Positions 6,244 to 14,853 of a DNA stretch of 32,000 nucleotides are shown here, in pieces. Under the pieces are notes generated by a model. The model was not told the DNA's origin. It did not search any database and saw nothing but the letters and a program-made list of their open reading frames with translations. The translations under genes and the position numbers were made by a program. Location of the stretch: sequence record MT074468.1; one strand, given 5' to 3'. The first letter of the stretch is position 1; the number at the start of each line of letters is the position of its first letter. This DNA is from Salmonella phage rutana.

Positions 6244-7908
6244 ATGAATATTTCCGCAGAAAAACAGTCCCAGATCACTAAACTTGCCGCCGACTTTAAT
6301 TTCTATGGTAAGCGTTTACGCGCTACTAAACTTGAAGTTTGCGACGATATTTCAAAAGCTGTTTATGATACGCCGAAACATTCAACGGCGATTTGTGACT
6401 GGTTGGAAGCAAATAAACCAGCGAAACCGAAAGCGGCAAAAGCTGAAAAGGCGATTAAAAACGATGATCGCCCAGAAGCGGCGGGAATTGTTTCTAGTAC
6501 CGTTGAACAATGGGAAGTTAAAACAGGCCGCCGTTTTATTATAACATCGATTCAAAATAACACTTTCCCGCATAAAAACTTTTTGAAAGCGCTTGAGCAA
6601 TTTGCTAGTTATTACGGCGCTGAATTACTTGTTAGCAAATTCATTTACAACAAAAACGGATTTCAGAACGGGGAAGGCGGCGAAAAAATCAAATATGATT
6701 CCGCATTTGATAAATATATTTGTGATAAAAATGTTTTCCTGAATAGTCGCCGTTTTGCTTTCATGGCTGAAATTAACGTTTTGCCTACCGCAGATTATCC
6801 GCTTTCAGGATTTGCAGAAACTGCCACCGCTTTAAATATTGAAGGGCTGGCAATCGGTCACGCTAAAATCACCGCTGAAAGTGTGCCAGCGTTGAAAGGT
6901 GAAGTAGTACGCCGTATGTATTCAACCGGAACGGCTACACTTAAAAACTATATTCAGCAGAAAGCAGGTCAAAAAGCTGAGGCTTTACATAATTACGGCG
7001 CTTTGCTGGTAGAATTTGACGACGACGGCGAATTTTTTGTGCGCCAGCTTGAAACAATGGATGAAAGCGGAATGTTCTATGATTTGAATGTTTGCGCTAT
7101 GCCTACCGGATGTTTTGAAACGTCCGATCATGTTCTAGGCTTGCAATATGGCGATATTCACGCCGAAAAACTAGATGATGGTTGCGCCATCGCTTCATGG
7201 GCTAGTGAAAACAGCTTGCTTGATATTCTTAAACCGAAATATCAGTTTATCCATGACGTACACGATTTTACATCCCGCAATCATCATAATCGCGCCTCTG
7301 GTGTATTCCTAGCTAAACAGTACGCCGCCGGACGTGACAAAGTTATTGACGATCTCATTGATACCGGTCGCGTATTGGAGTCAATGGAGCGCGATTTTTC
7401 TCAAACAATCATCGTGGAATCCAATCATGATTTGGCGTTATCCCGTTGGCTTGACGATCGCAACGCTAACATTAAAGACGACCCCGCAAACGCCGAACTA
7501 TATCACAGCCTAAACGCCGCTATTTACGCCGCAATTGCAAAACAAGATGATACCTTTAACGTATTGGATTATGCGCTTAGAAACGTTGCAGGTTGCGAAT
7601 TTAACGCTATTTTTCTGACTACTGACCAATCTTTCAAGATTGCAGGAATTGAATGCGGTGTACATGGTCACAATGGCATTAATGGCAGTCGGGGCAATCC
7701 TAAACAGTTTAAGAAGTTGGGACGCCTCAACACTGGCCACACTCACACGGCGAGCATTTATGGCGGCGTATACACCGCTGGCGTTGCTGGTAGTCTCGAT
7801 ATGGGTTACAACGTTGGCGCTAGTAGCTGGACGCAAACGCATTTAATTACATATGCAAACGGTCAACGTACCTTGATTGATTTCAAAAATGGCAAATTCT
7901 TTGCCTAA
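6244..7908 (+). CDS. A1: A1-like pre-early protein (T5 A1 family; calcineurin-like phosphoesterase motifs), 554 aa
   Basis: Length close to T5 A1 (~556 aa); motifs IHDVHDF, ESNHD, GHTHT consistent with metallophosphoesterase; syntenic with A2- and dmp-like genes. Confidence 0.8.
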   Translation: MNISAEKQSQITKLAADFNFYGKRLRATKLEVCDDISKAVYDTPKHSTAICDWLEANKPAKPKAAKAEKAIKNDDRPEAAGIVSSTVEQWEVKTGRRFIITSIQNNTFPHKNFLKALEQFASYYGAELLVSKFIYNKNGFQNGEGGEKIKYDSAFDKYICDKNVFLNSRRFAFMAEINVLPTADYPLSGFAETATALNIEGLAIGHAKITAESVPALKGEVVRRMYSTGTATLKNYIQQKAGQKAEALHNYGALLVEFDDDGEFFVRQLETMDESGMFYDLNVCAMPTGCFETSDHVLGLQYGDIHAEKLDDGCAIASWASENSLLDILKPKYQFIHDVHDFTSRNHHNRASGVFLAKQYAAGRDKVIDDLIDTGRVLESMERDFSQTIIVESNHDLALSRWLDDRNANIKDDPANAELYHSLNAAIYAAIAKQDDTFNVLDYALRNVAGCEFNAIFLTTDQSFKIAGIECGVHGHNGINGSRGNPKQFKKLGRLNTGHTHTASIYGGVYTAGVAGSLDMGYNVGASSWTQTHLITYANGQRTLIDFKNGKFFA

Positions 7909-7914
7909 TTAAAT

Positions 7915-7940
7915 TTAATCAGCGGGGAATATTCCCCGCT
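7915..7940. repeat. 26-nt repeat copy 2 with 20-nt perfect palindrome
   Basis: Identical to 5861-5886. Confidence 0.95.
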
Positions 7941-7983
7941 TATATTCCCGAAAAAGTTAATTAAATAATCTGGAGTTTTAAAC

Positions 7984-8376
7984 ATGAAAAACCAAAACAT
8001 TCCTTTTGATCGCGCTACTTCTTCCATCGTTCTAGTTTACTCTAATGGCGAACGTTATCACGTCGAAGCGGGGCAAGTTAATTTCGATTTGCTGAATTAT
8101 AACGACGCTTTGCAGGTTACTACCTTTGCTTATGATACCGGCAAAGTGGCAAGCCATACGAAAGCAAAAGGCGTTTACGCTGATACTTTGACAGTGCAAA
8201 CAATTATTATTGATGCGCTTAAATCCGGTCTAGCGTTTGCAGTTGTTAAGCCGTGTCCGGTCTGCAATCCAGAAGCTAGCGCGATGGTTTACACTTGCGC
8301 GGGGATTCGTTCTAGCGTACATGGTGAAGATCTTAGCTTTATTGGTGACGCGCTAGCGTACGGCCTCACTAACTAA
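7984..8376 (+). CDS. Hypothetical protein, 130 aa, with CPVC motif
   Basis: ORF with CTGGAG SD between the A1-like and dmp-like genes. Confidence 0.75.
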   Translation: MKNQNIPFDRATSSIVLVYSNGERYHVEAGQVNFDLLNYNDALQVTTFAYDTGKVASHTKAKGVYADTLTVQTIIIDALKSGLAFAVVKPCPVCNPEASAMVYTCAGIRSSVHGEDLSFIGDALAYGLTN

Positions 8377-8390
8377 TAGTTAATTGAACA

Positions 8391-8422
8391 TTGCCAGCTA
8401 ATCTAATATAATTAGCTGGCAA
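8391..8422. other. Intergenic hairpin TTGCCAGCTAAT-CTAATATA-ATTAGCTGGCAA
   Basis: 12-bp perfect stem. Confidence 0.8.
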
Positions 8423-8464
8423 GATTGAATTAACCCTAAATCCCTTAAATGGAGAATGTAGCAA

Positions 8465-9199
8465 ATGAATCAAGTTAATATGAATATTACCCGCGCTTTC
8501 CCGCATATTTCCCGCGTTATGATTTGGGATTTAGACGGGACAATCATTAATTCAATGCACCGTGTAGCGCCTTGTTTTGATGATAACGGAAATTTAAATT
8601 TAAATAAGTATTCCCGCGAAGCCTGCAAACATGATTTAATTATGCAGGATTCATTATTGCCATTGGTTGAATATATGCGCCAATGTATGAATGATGTAAA
8701 TACATTAAATATTATTTGTACCGCGCGCCTAATGTCTAAAAGCGATTATTTTTATTTACGCAAACAAGGCTTACGAGGGCGCGGAAATAGCAATATCCGC
8801 GTATTCTCCCGCGATACATTACACAAATACTTTGAAGCGGATAAGGTTAGCGAAATATACCACAGCAAAGACGCTGTATACAAAAGCTATTACTTTGAAC
8901 TGTTTAAACAGCTATATCCGAACGCTGATTTTACGATGATTGATGATCATAAAGGCGTATTATCGGCGGCGGCAAGTGCTGGATTCAAAACACTGGACGC
9001 CCAAGCCGTTAACGATATCCTATCAATCGGCGTAGCATTGATCGGGGAAACCTTTATTGATGAATCGTTAGATGATGATAATGATTATCAATATCTTTGC
9101 CAGCGCTTAGAAATGTGCTGGCAGGGTATGACTGAGGAAGAAAGGGGAGACTATAGTACCGCTCCGCAACAGTTCATTGATAAATTAAAAGTTGCCTAA
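8465..9199 (+). CDS. dmp: Deoxynucleoside 5'-monophosphatase-like HAD protein (T5 Dmp), 244 aa
   Basis: HAD motif WDLDGTIINS, later motif MIDDHKG; length and synteny match T5 dmp. Confidence 0.8.
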   Translation: MNQVNMNITRAFPHISRVMIWDLDGTIINSMHRVAPCFDDNGNLNLNKYSREACKHDLIMQDSLLPLVEYMRQCMNDVNTLNIICTARLMSKSDYFYLRKQGLRGRGNSNIRVFSRDTLHKYFEADKVSEIYHSKDAVYKSYYFELFKQLYPNADFTMIDDHKGVLSAAASAGFKTLDAQAVNDILSIGVALIGETFIDESLDDDNDYQYLCQRLEMCWQGMTEEERGDYSTAPQQFIDKLKVA

Positions 9200-9212
9200 C
9201 AATTAAAAATAA

Positions 9213-9251
9213 AATAGTCACGGTGTGTAACGATAACATGCCGTGACTATT
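9213..9251. other. Hairpin AATAGTCACGG-N17-CCGTGACTATT after dmp
   Basis: 11-bp perfect stem. Confidence 0.7.
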
Positions 9252-9362
9252 AGCTTGCTAAGTACCGGGGCGGTAATGAGACTCATTCTCATCTGGGGAA
9301 CCACTGGGCACACCTTCATGTGTAATCTTATGAAATTTCGAGAATTGGTAATTAGCGCTAAC

Positions 9363-9608
9363 TTAGGAGGAACACCGGTCTACCGGCTTGTCTCCTGATT
9401 CTGACATACGAAATCTCCCCCGCGACGCCCGAGATCCCTCCGACCACTCTCGCTCAAACTCCGCACGTTTCTCCGCAAACTTCCGCTCCCTTTCCGAAAG
9501 CTCCCGCGATACTCCCGCAATATATTCACGATGCTTATTAATCGCCCCGAGTGTTCCGAAGATTCCCGCAAGTACCCCGATAATGAAGATAGCTACAAAG
9601 CTAAACAT
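9363..9608 (-). CDS. Small protein with N-terminal TM and charged tail, 81 aa
   Basis: SD GAGAGGAAATTAG-ATG; 8-nt overlap with upstream ORF; N-terminus MFSFVAIFIIGVLAGIFGTLGA. Confidence 0.6.
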   Translation of the reverse strand: MFSFVAIFIIGVLAGIFGTLGAINKHREYIAGVSRELSERERKFAEKRAEFEREWSEGSRASRGRFRMSESGDKPVDRCSS

Positions 9609-9795
9609 CTAATTTCCTCTCAAGTTGGTGAATACGTGCCCGATCATTACGTTGGGAGTCCAGTAACTTATCCATATTAATGTTCAGTTGGGTGACTTTA
9701 TCCTCTAGCCGCTGTATACGATTACGATGTGACGTCATATATCCAACAATCCAGACAAGCCATACTACAAGTGTAATAAGTCCTAGCCAATCCAT
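9601..9795 (-). CDS. Small protein with N-terminal TM and coiled-coil-like tail, 64 aa
   Basis: TAATG overlap with the upstream ORF; GGGGAG SD; MDWLGLITLVVWLVWIVGY...RIQRLEDKVTQLNINMDKLL. Confidence 0.6.
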   Translation of the reverse strand: MDWLGLITLVVWLVWIVGYMTSHRNRIQRLEDKVTQLNINMDKLLDSQRNDRARIHQLERKLDV

Positions 9796-9899
9796 TATTT
9801 ATCTCCCCGCAGCTTACGTTCGATACGAGCTAAGTGGTTATCTAAAATGCACTGCCCGATAATTACCACAACTAGTAAAGCAATAATTATTACTTCCAT
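9795..9899 (-). CDS. Tiny TM protein, 34 aa: MEVIIIALLVVVIIGQCILDNHLARIERKLRGDK (not in supplied ORF track)
   Basis: Manual translation; TAATG overlaps at both ends. Confidence 0.55.
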   Translation of the reverse strand: MEVIIIALLVVVIIGQCILDNHLARIERKLRGDK

Positions 9900-10033
9900 T
9901 ATAACCACCCCGCCATAGCCGCTAACCAAAAGAGTACAAAGATAAAGAATAATACAGTTCCGAATCCGAAACTATTTATCCAACTTTCGTACACTTCCCC
10001 GCGTCTGTTCTTTCTTCTGTTGTCGCCTGACAT
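9899..10033 (-). CDS. Small protein with C-terminal TM, 44 aa (trimmed from GTG 10084)
   Basis: AGGAG upstream of ATG 10033; MSGDNRRKNRRGEVYESWINSFGFGTVLFFIFVLFWLAAMAGWL. Confidence 0.5.
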   Translation of the reverse strand: MSGDNRRKNRRGEVYESWINSFGFGTVLFFIFVLFWLAAMAGWL

Positions 10034-10286
10034 CTCTTTGCTTCTCCTGTAGTCCTGGTATTTGGAATATCCTAGCAATTGCACGAACCATTATGGCTGT
10101 CCCGATAAGATCCATTACTTCATCGAAGCCGGACTCTTCTAGTAAGAAGGATGTTCTCATCACGTCTTCTATTGTATCTTCTATGACGTCTTGAATGATT
10201 TCGTTAATTGCATCATGTATTGCTTTAGTCCTGGGATCTATTTCAAAGTTAACAGGTTCCTGAAAGGACTTTTCTTCATCTTGCAT
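9972..10286 (-). CDS. Hypothetical protein, 104 aa, first gene of the micro-ORF cluster
   Basis: ORF; overlaps the next ORF by ~62 nt in another frame. Confidence 0.55.
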   Translation of the reverse strand: MQDEEKSFQEPVNFEIDPRTKAIHDAINEIIQDVIEDTIEDVMRTSFLLEESGFDEVMDLIGTAIMVRAIARIFQIPGLQEKQRDVRRQQKKEQTRGSVRKLDK

Positions 10287-10360
10287 TGTGTTTGCTACCT
10301 GTACCTCATCCCAGAAATAAAAATTTTTGTTTACTTCGAGATCTTTTTACTTTATACTAA

Positions 10361-10627
10361 TTACAAGTGACCAGATTGTTCTAGTTTAAATTTGCAATCG
10401 CCATATTTGAGATCAAACTGTGACAAATCCCACCACCCAAACTTAGTGCGTAACTGAGTTTTAGGGAATCGGTAGCCCACAGTACGTGCTTCTCGAATAT
10501 CTAAAGCATAGTGTTCTTCACCAACATGACCATAAGACTTCACGTATGCCTTACAGAATGGCTCTGGAGCTGGTACACAACCAGTTAACACTACTGCTGC
10601 AACTACGATAGCTAATAACTTTTTCAT
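10361..10627 (-). CDS. llp: Llp-like lipoprotein (lytic conversion / receptor-blocking), 88 aa
   Basis: Lipobox LTGC; mature pattern C...CKAYV...GDCK parallels T5 Llp C...CEAYY...NTCEG; adjacent to and divergent from the pb5-like gene; SD AGAGGAACGATTATG. Confidence 0.75.
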   Translation of the reverse strand: MKKLLAIVVAAVVLTGCVPAPEPFCKAYVKSYGHVGEEHYALDIREARTVGYRFPKTQLRTKFGWWDLSQFDLKYGDCKFKLEQSGHL

Positions 10628-10656
10628 AATCGTTCCTCTGTTTAATTTATAAATAT

Positions 10657-10685
10657 ATTATAGCAAAATAGAGGGATCTAAGCAA
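10657..10685 (-). promoter_or_regulatory. Extended -10 promoter for llp: TTGCTT-N17-TATAAT with TGC upstream
   Basis: Minus-strand TGCTATAAT at 10665-10657 and TTGCTT at 10685-10680. Confidence 0.55.
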
Positions 10686-10710
10686 ATACATTTTTAAAGA
10701 AGGAGATTGT

Positions 10711-12492
10711 ATGAGTTTTTTCGCAGGAAAATTTAGTGATGGTAAAACTGTATTATCTCTAAACGCTGCTAATGGTGGTGATACTGGTGAGCACTATTCT
10801 CCAAATACTAATAGTATCTTCCACTCAGATATGCCATTTGTCCTAGTTGATGGGACTTACGAGGCCACTCTAGGGGATGCAGGTAATGGATACTTTGTTA
10901 CTCAGATGCCTTGGGATATTATAAATATTAAATCCAATGATCCAGGTAGAGTTATATTAACTGCTATTGAGATAAACGGTACTCATCGTGGATTTCTGAA
11001 TGGTACTCAATCTCAGGTTGGCCAGTTCTTATCATTCTTTGAAGACCAACCACGTGCTGGTGCTGAATTATCTGTAACATCTGCTTTTGCGATAGGTGAT
11101 AGTTTAGCTCATGGTACTTATATCTATAATGGTGGTCTTGGTCATGAGGAATCTATTGCTAGGCAAGGTTCTGGAGGCAGTTTACTACAGTCCTCTGGTT
11201 TCCAGATCTTTAGACCTGGTGGTGTTTCTGCTGGTGAAGCCATTGCCAGAGCCTGGAGTCTTATGGGTTTTCCAACTGGTGTCTCTACTGTTCCTTTAGA
11301 TGGTGGTAACGCAGATTATTGGGATCCTAACTGGCAGGCGCCTATTGGTTCTGCTGGTAGAGGCCATGATTGGTTTTATGTTTGTAGTTCTAATATTCGT
11401 GGCTTCGCAGGTAAAAAAGGCGTACTACCAGATAACGTAAACGTTCTTTACCAATCTCCTGCATATCCAGAAAAAATATATGTTTGTAGAGGTTCTACTT
11501 CTAATATGGCTGCTCAGTCCGCTAGAAAGGTATATGTACAGGACTGGTATAATGTTACGCCAACTAAGGTTATTTGGTATGTGCTAAATCTGCGCTATTC
11601 TAATGGTAGTATGGGAGTTTCTGGTAATCCATTTACCGGTTCAGATATCCTAATATCTCCATCTAACTTTACTATTAAAGGTGTTAGTTTACCAAATACA
11701 GGATATAAATTCATTAACCAGAATGCCTTTGGAAACTTAGGCTATCGCCCTGATATGGAGTATGTTGGTAATAACGCTGCGTATACCGGAGTTTTTGGTG
11801 ATAATACTGCACGATGTGAGTTTATCGGCTCTAGTAATGGTGGGTTGTGGTCGCCCGTTAACTATGGGGGTGCAGCTTCCCAAATTAGCCTATATAAATT
11901 TGGTGTAGGTAAACAATGGTATGTAGATACTAATACCAACTCCATCGGTAATGAACATGGACCTGTGTGGAGTCCTAGTACTGTACCCCTCAGGTTATTT
12001 CCAGGCAACGTTGCAAGTACTTATGTTGGTGATGATATAACTCCTTCCTACCCTGGTGCTGGTGACTTCTATACACCTTTGGCCACTGTTTGGTTAGGAT
12101 TACCTAATGCTCACTCTACCGTTATATTAACTACTGAAGTTATTATGGGTAATCTTAATACTGCTGGAATGCCTGTGCGTACTTACGGCGGTAGCGCTTG
12201 GCAGGTACAAGGTAGACGTCAACAAAGTTATACAGCTGGTGATGGTGTATTCCATCAGATTCTTACTCTGCCACCTGGATATCTAGTACCTTATCACAGT
12301 ACAACTTCCTATAGTTATACACAAACTTGGGCTAGTAGGCCAGATGAGTTTGCTTTCCGTAGGAACGGATATATTTATACTATTAAAAACCTTGGTAATG
12401 GCAACGTTGAGTTGGGTGTTATCATTCACGCTGCAGAAGCGGCAGCTGTTTTCTTGCCAAGACTACGTGTAACAGTTCAACGCCTAACCTAA
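10711..12492 (+). CDS. oad: pb5-like receptor-binding protein, 593 aa
   Basis: N-terminus MSFFAGK...GGDT...IFHSDM and C-terminus ...VQRLT match T5 pb5 termini as remembered; adjacent to llp and terS. Confidence 0.85.
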   Translation: MSFFAGKFSDGKTVLSLNAANGGDTGEHYSPNTNSIFHSDMPFVLVDGTYEATLGDAGNGYFVTQMPWDIINIKSNDPGRVILTAIEINGTHRGFLNGTQSQVGQFLSFFEDQPRAGAELSVTSAFAIGDSLAHGTYIYNGGLGHEESIARQGSGGSLLQSSGFQIFRPGGVSAGEAIARAWSLMGFPTGVSTVPLDGGNADYWDPNWQAPIGSAGRGHDWFYVCSSNIRGFAGKKGVLPDNVNVLYQSPAYPEKIYVCRGSTSNMAAQSARKVYVQDWYNVTPTKVIWYVLNLRYSNGSMGVSGNPFTGSDILISPSNFTIKGVSLPNTGYKFINQNAFGNLGYRPDMEYVGNNAAYTGVFGDNTARCEFIGSSNGGLWSPVNYGGAASQISLYKFGVGKQWYVDTNTNSIGNEHGPVWSPSTVPLRLFPGNVASTYVGDDITPSYPGAGDFYTPLATVWLGLPNAHSTVILTTEVIMGNLNTAGMPVRTYGGSAWQVQGRRQQSYTAGDGVFHQILTLPPGYLVPYHSTTSYSYTQTWASRPDEFAFRRNGYIYTIKNLGNGNVELGVIIHAAEAAAVFLPRLRVTVQRLT

Positions 12493-12502
12493 AGGAGGAT
12501 AT

Positions 12503-12985
12503 ATGGCAAATGATGTATTAGTTCCCGATCTCATGTCTCCCGAAGGCATGGATGTTATTGAAGCCTATTTACAGTGTGGTAGTGATGTTCCTGCCGCTGC
12601 CCGTAGTCTTGGGATGTCCGAGATTGCATTCCGTGATATAATGAATCGTGTAGAAGTTAAAAACTATCTTAACGATATCTTTATGGAAAGTGGATTCCGT
12701 AATCGTGACCGCTTATTCGGAGTTCTTGATGAAGTTATCAAGCGCAAGTTGGAAGAACTCGAAGAAACTGGCATGGGTTCTGACCAGGATATCATGGATA
12801 TTCTCTGGAAGGCGCACAAGATGAAGATGGAAGAAATGAAAATGATGGTAGAACTGGAGAAAGTGAAGGCAGCAGCCCGTACTCCGGCTAACCAGACTAA
12901 TATTCAGAATAATATTATTGCTGGAAGTGGTGACGAAAACTATATGAATCTTATTACCGCTCTAGCAGGAGGAGGTAAGAGATAA
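12503..12985 (+). CDS. Terminase small subunit, 160 aa
   Basis: Size, HTH-like N-terminus and position directly upstream of the large terminase. Confidence 0.75.
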   Translation: MANDVLVPDLMSPEGMDVIEAYLQCGSDVPAAARSLGMSEIAFRDIMNRVEVKNYLNDIFMESGFRNRDRLFGVLDEVIKRKLEELEETGMGSDQDIMDILWKAHKMKMEEMKMMVELEKVKAAARTPANQTNIQNNIIAGSGDENYMNLITALAGGGKR

Positions 12986-14301
12986 TGAAAGTCTCTAGAG
13001 ACTATATTAACACCACAGATGTTATTGACTTTGGTATTGACAAACGATTCTTCCGTCTGCCAGTCTCTAGCATTCTAGCTCAAGAGGGGATTACACCTAA
13101 TGCCCCTCAGATTGCAATCATTAATGCGCTGGAAGACCCAAGACACCGCTTCGTGACTGCATGTGTATCACGTCGTGTAGGTAAGTCATTCATCGCATAT
13201 ACACTTGGGTTCCTAAAACTTCTGGAACCCAATGTGAAGGTGCTGGTAGTTGCACCTAACTACTCACTGGCTAACATAGGTTGGTCACAGATTCGTGGTC
13301 TTATTAAGAAGTATGGATTACAGACTGAACGTGAGAACGCAAAAGATAAAGAGATTGAACTAGCGAATGGTTCTCTCTTTAAGCTGGCTTCTGCGGCGCA
13401 GGCTGACTCCGCAGTTGGTCGTTCATATGACTTCATCATTTTTGACGAAGCAGCGATTTCCGACGTTGGTGGTGCAGCTTTCGATATTCAGTTACGTCCT
13501 ACTCTAGATAAGCCAAACTCTAAAGCTCTGTTTATTTCCACACCTCGTGGTGGTAACTGGTTTAAAGAGTTCTATGAGAAAGGATTTAATGAGACGCTAC
13601 CTAACTGGGTATCTATTCACGGTACATATCGTGATAACCCACGTGCTGACCTGAACGATATCGAGGAAGCGCGTCGTACTGTTAGTAAAAACTACTTCCG
13701 CCAAGAATATGAGGCTGACTTCTCCGTATTTGAAGGTCAGATCTTTGACACCTTCAATGCTATTGAGCATGTTAAAGACCTCAAAGGTATGCGTCACTTC
13801 TTTAAAGATGATGAGGCTTTCGAAACATTACTTGGTATCGACGTTGGTTATCGTGACCCTACAGCAGTTCTTACTATCAAGTATCACTATGATACTGATG
13901 TTTATTACGTGCTAGAAGAGTATCAGCAGGCTGAAAAGACTACAGCTCAACACGCTGCTTACATACAGCACTGTATAGATCGTTATAACGTTGATCGTAT
14001 ATTTGTAGACTCCGCTGCTGCTCAGTTCCGTCAGGACTTAGCATATGAACATGAAATCGCTTCCGCACCTGCTAAGAAATCTGTCCTAGATGGTCTGGCA
14101 TGCCTACAAGCACTGTTCCAGCAAGGTAAGATCATCGTAGATGCTTCATGTACCTCATTGATCCACGCCCTAGCGAACTACAAGTGGGACTTCCAGGAAG
14201 GTGAAGAGAAATTATCACGTGAAAAACCACGTCATGATGCAAACTCTCACCTTTGTGACGCACTGCGTTATGGAATTTACTCAATTTCCCGGGGGAAATA
14301 A
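12985..14301 (+). CDS. terL: Terminase large subunit, 438 aa
   Basis: Walker-A-like region VSRRVGKS, Walker B FIIFDEA, nuclease-domain residues GIDVGYRDPTAV, same length as T5 TerL from memory. Confidence 0.95.
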   Translation: MKVSRDYINTTDVIDFGIDKRFFRLPVSSILAQEGITPNAPQIAIINALEDPRHRFVTACVSRRVGKSFIAYTLGFLKLLEPNVKVLVVAPNYSLANIGWSQIRGLIKKYGLQTERENAKDKEIELANGSLFKLASAAQADSAVGRSYDFIIFDEAAISDVGGAAFDIQLRPTLDKPNSKALFISTPRGGNWFKEFYEKGFNETLPNWVSIHGTYRDNPRADLNDIEEARRTVSKNYFRQEYEADFSVFEGQIFDTFNAIEHVKDLKGMRHFFKDDEAFETLLGIDVGYRDPTAVLTIKYHYDTDVYYVLEEYQQAEKTTAQHAAYIQHCIDRYNVDRIFVDSAAAQFRQDLAYEHEIASAPAKKSVLDGLACLQALFQQGKIIVDASCTSLIHALANYKWDFQEGEEKLSREKPRHDANSHLCDALRYGIYSISRGK

Positions 14302-14312
14302 ATAAGTATAGG

Positions 14313-14340
14313 ATGGGATACTACTCAGTTGGTATCCCAT
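14313..14340. other. Hairpin ATGGGATAC-N10-GTATCCCAT downstream of terL
   Basis: 9-bp perfect stem; no immediate long U-tract. Confidence 0.6.
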
Positions 14341-14360
14341 TCCTGCATTTTAAAATCCCC

Positions 14361-14389
14361 TTTACAAATTCGACATGATTATGTATACT
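14361..14389 (+). promoter_or_regulatory. Sigma70-like promoter TTTACA-N17-TATACT upstream of the HNH gene
   Basis: 5/6 and 5/6 hexamers with 17-nt spacer. Confidence 0.5.
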
Positions 14390-14415
14390 ATATTCATACA
14401 GTTGAGGAGAATACT

Positions 14416-14853
14416 GTGGCAGGAAATGTAAAATATAAACGTGATGCTATATCACTCATGCGAGACGGTATAAAAAGTCAATATAAAAAAGCCGATCGCT
14501 GCGAAATCTGTGGTTGTGGTGAAGAATTAGAGCTTCATCATTACCATACAGTGTCTCTACTAGTTAAAAAATTTGCTAAAGAACTCCAATTGGATTTCAC
14601 TGACGAAGAAACAGTCCTCTCAAATAGGACGGCATTCTATGAAAGATATAGGCATGAGCTAGTAGATGACACTGTTACCCTTTGTGTCCACCATCACCAA
14701 CTATTACATAAGGTGTACACTAAGGAACCTCCCCTTTTTTCTGCTAATAAGCAGAAGGCATGGGTTCTTAAACAAAAGGAAAAGCTACAGAATCCTCAAG
14801 AAAAGACACAAGTCAAGACTGAAACTAAATCAGGATTCGCAAGGTTCTTATAA
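14416..14853 (+). CDS. HNH endonuclease-like protein, ~145 aa (GTG start proposed)
   Basis: CEICG...LELHHY...TLCVHHHQLLHK HNH/zinc pattern; TTGAGGAG SD just upstream of GTG 14416; stop overlaps the portal start. Confidence 0.75.
   Translation: MAGNVKYKRDAISLMRDGIKSQYKKADRCEICGCGEELELHHYHTVSLLVKKFAKELQLDFTDEETVLSNRTAFYERYRHELVDDTVTLCVHHHQLLHKVYTKEPPLFSANKQKAWVLKQKEKLQNPQEKTQVKTETKSGFARFL

Noticed and set aside
9388-9612. Plus-strand ORF opposite the 81-aa membrane protein
   Set aside because: The minus-strand frame has a better SD, TM segment and overlap pattern with its neighbours.
11111-11299. 62-aa ORF inside the receptor-binding protein gene
   Set aside because: Alternative frame inside a strongly supported CDS with no SD.
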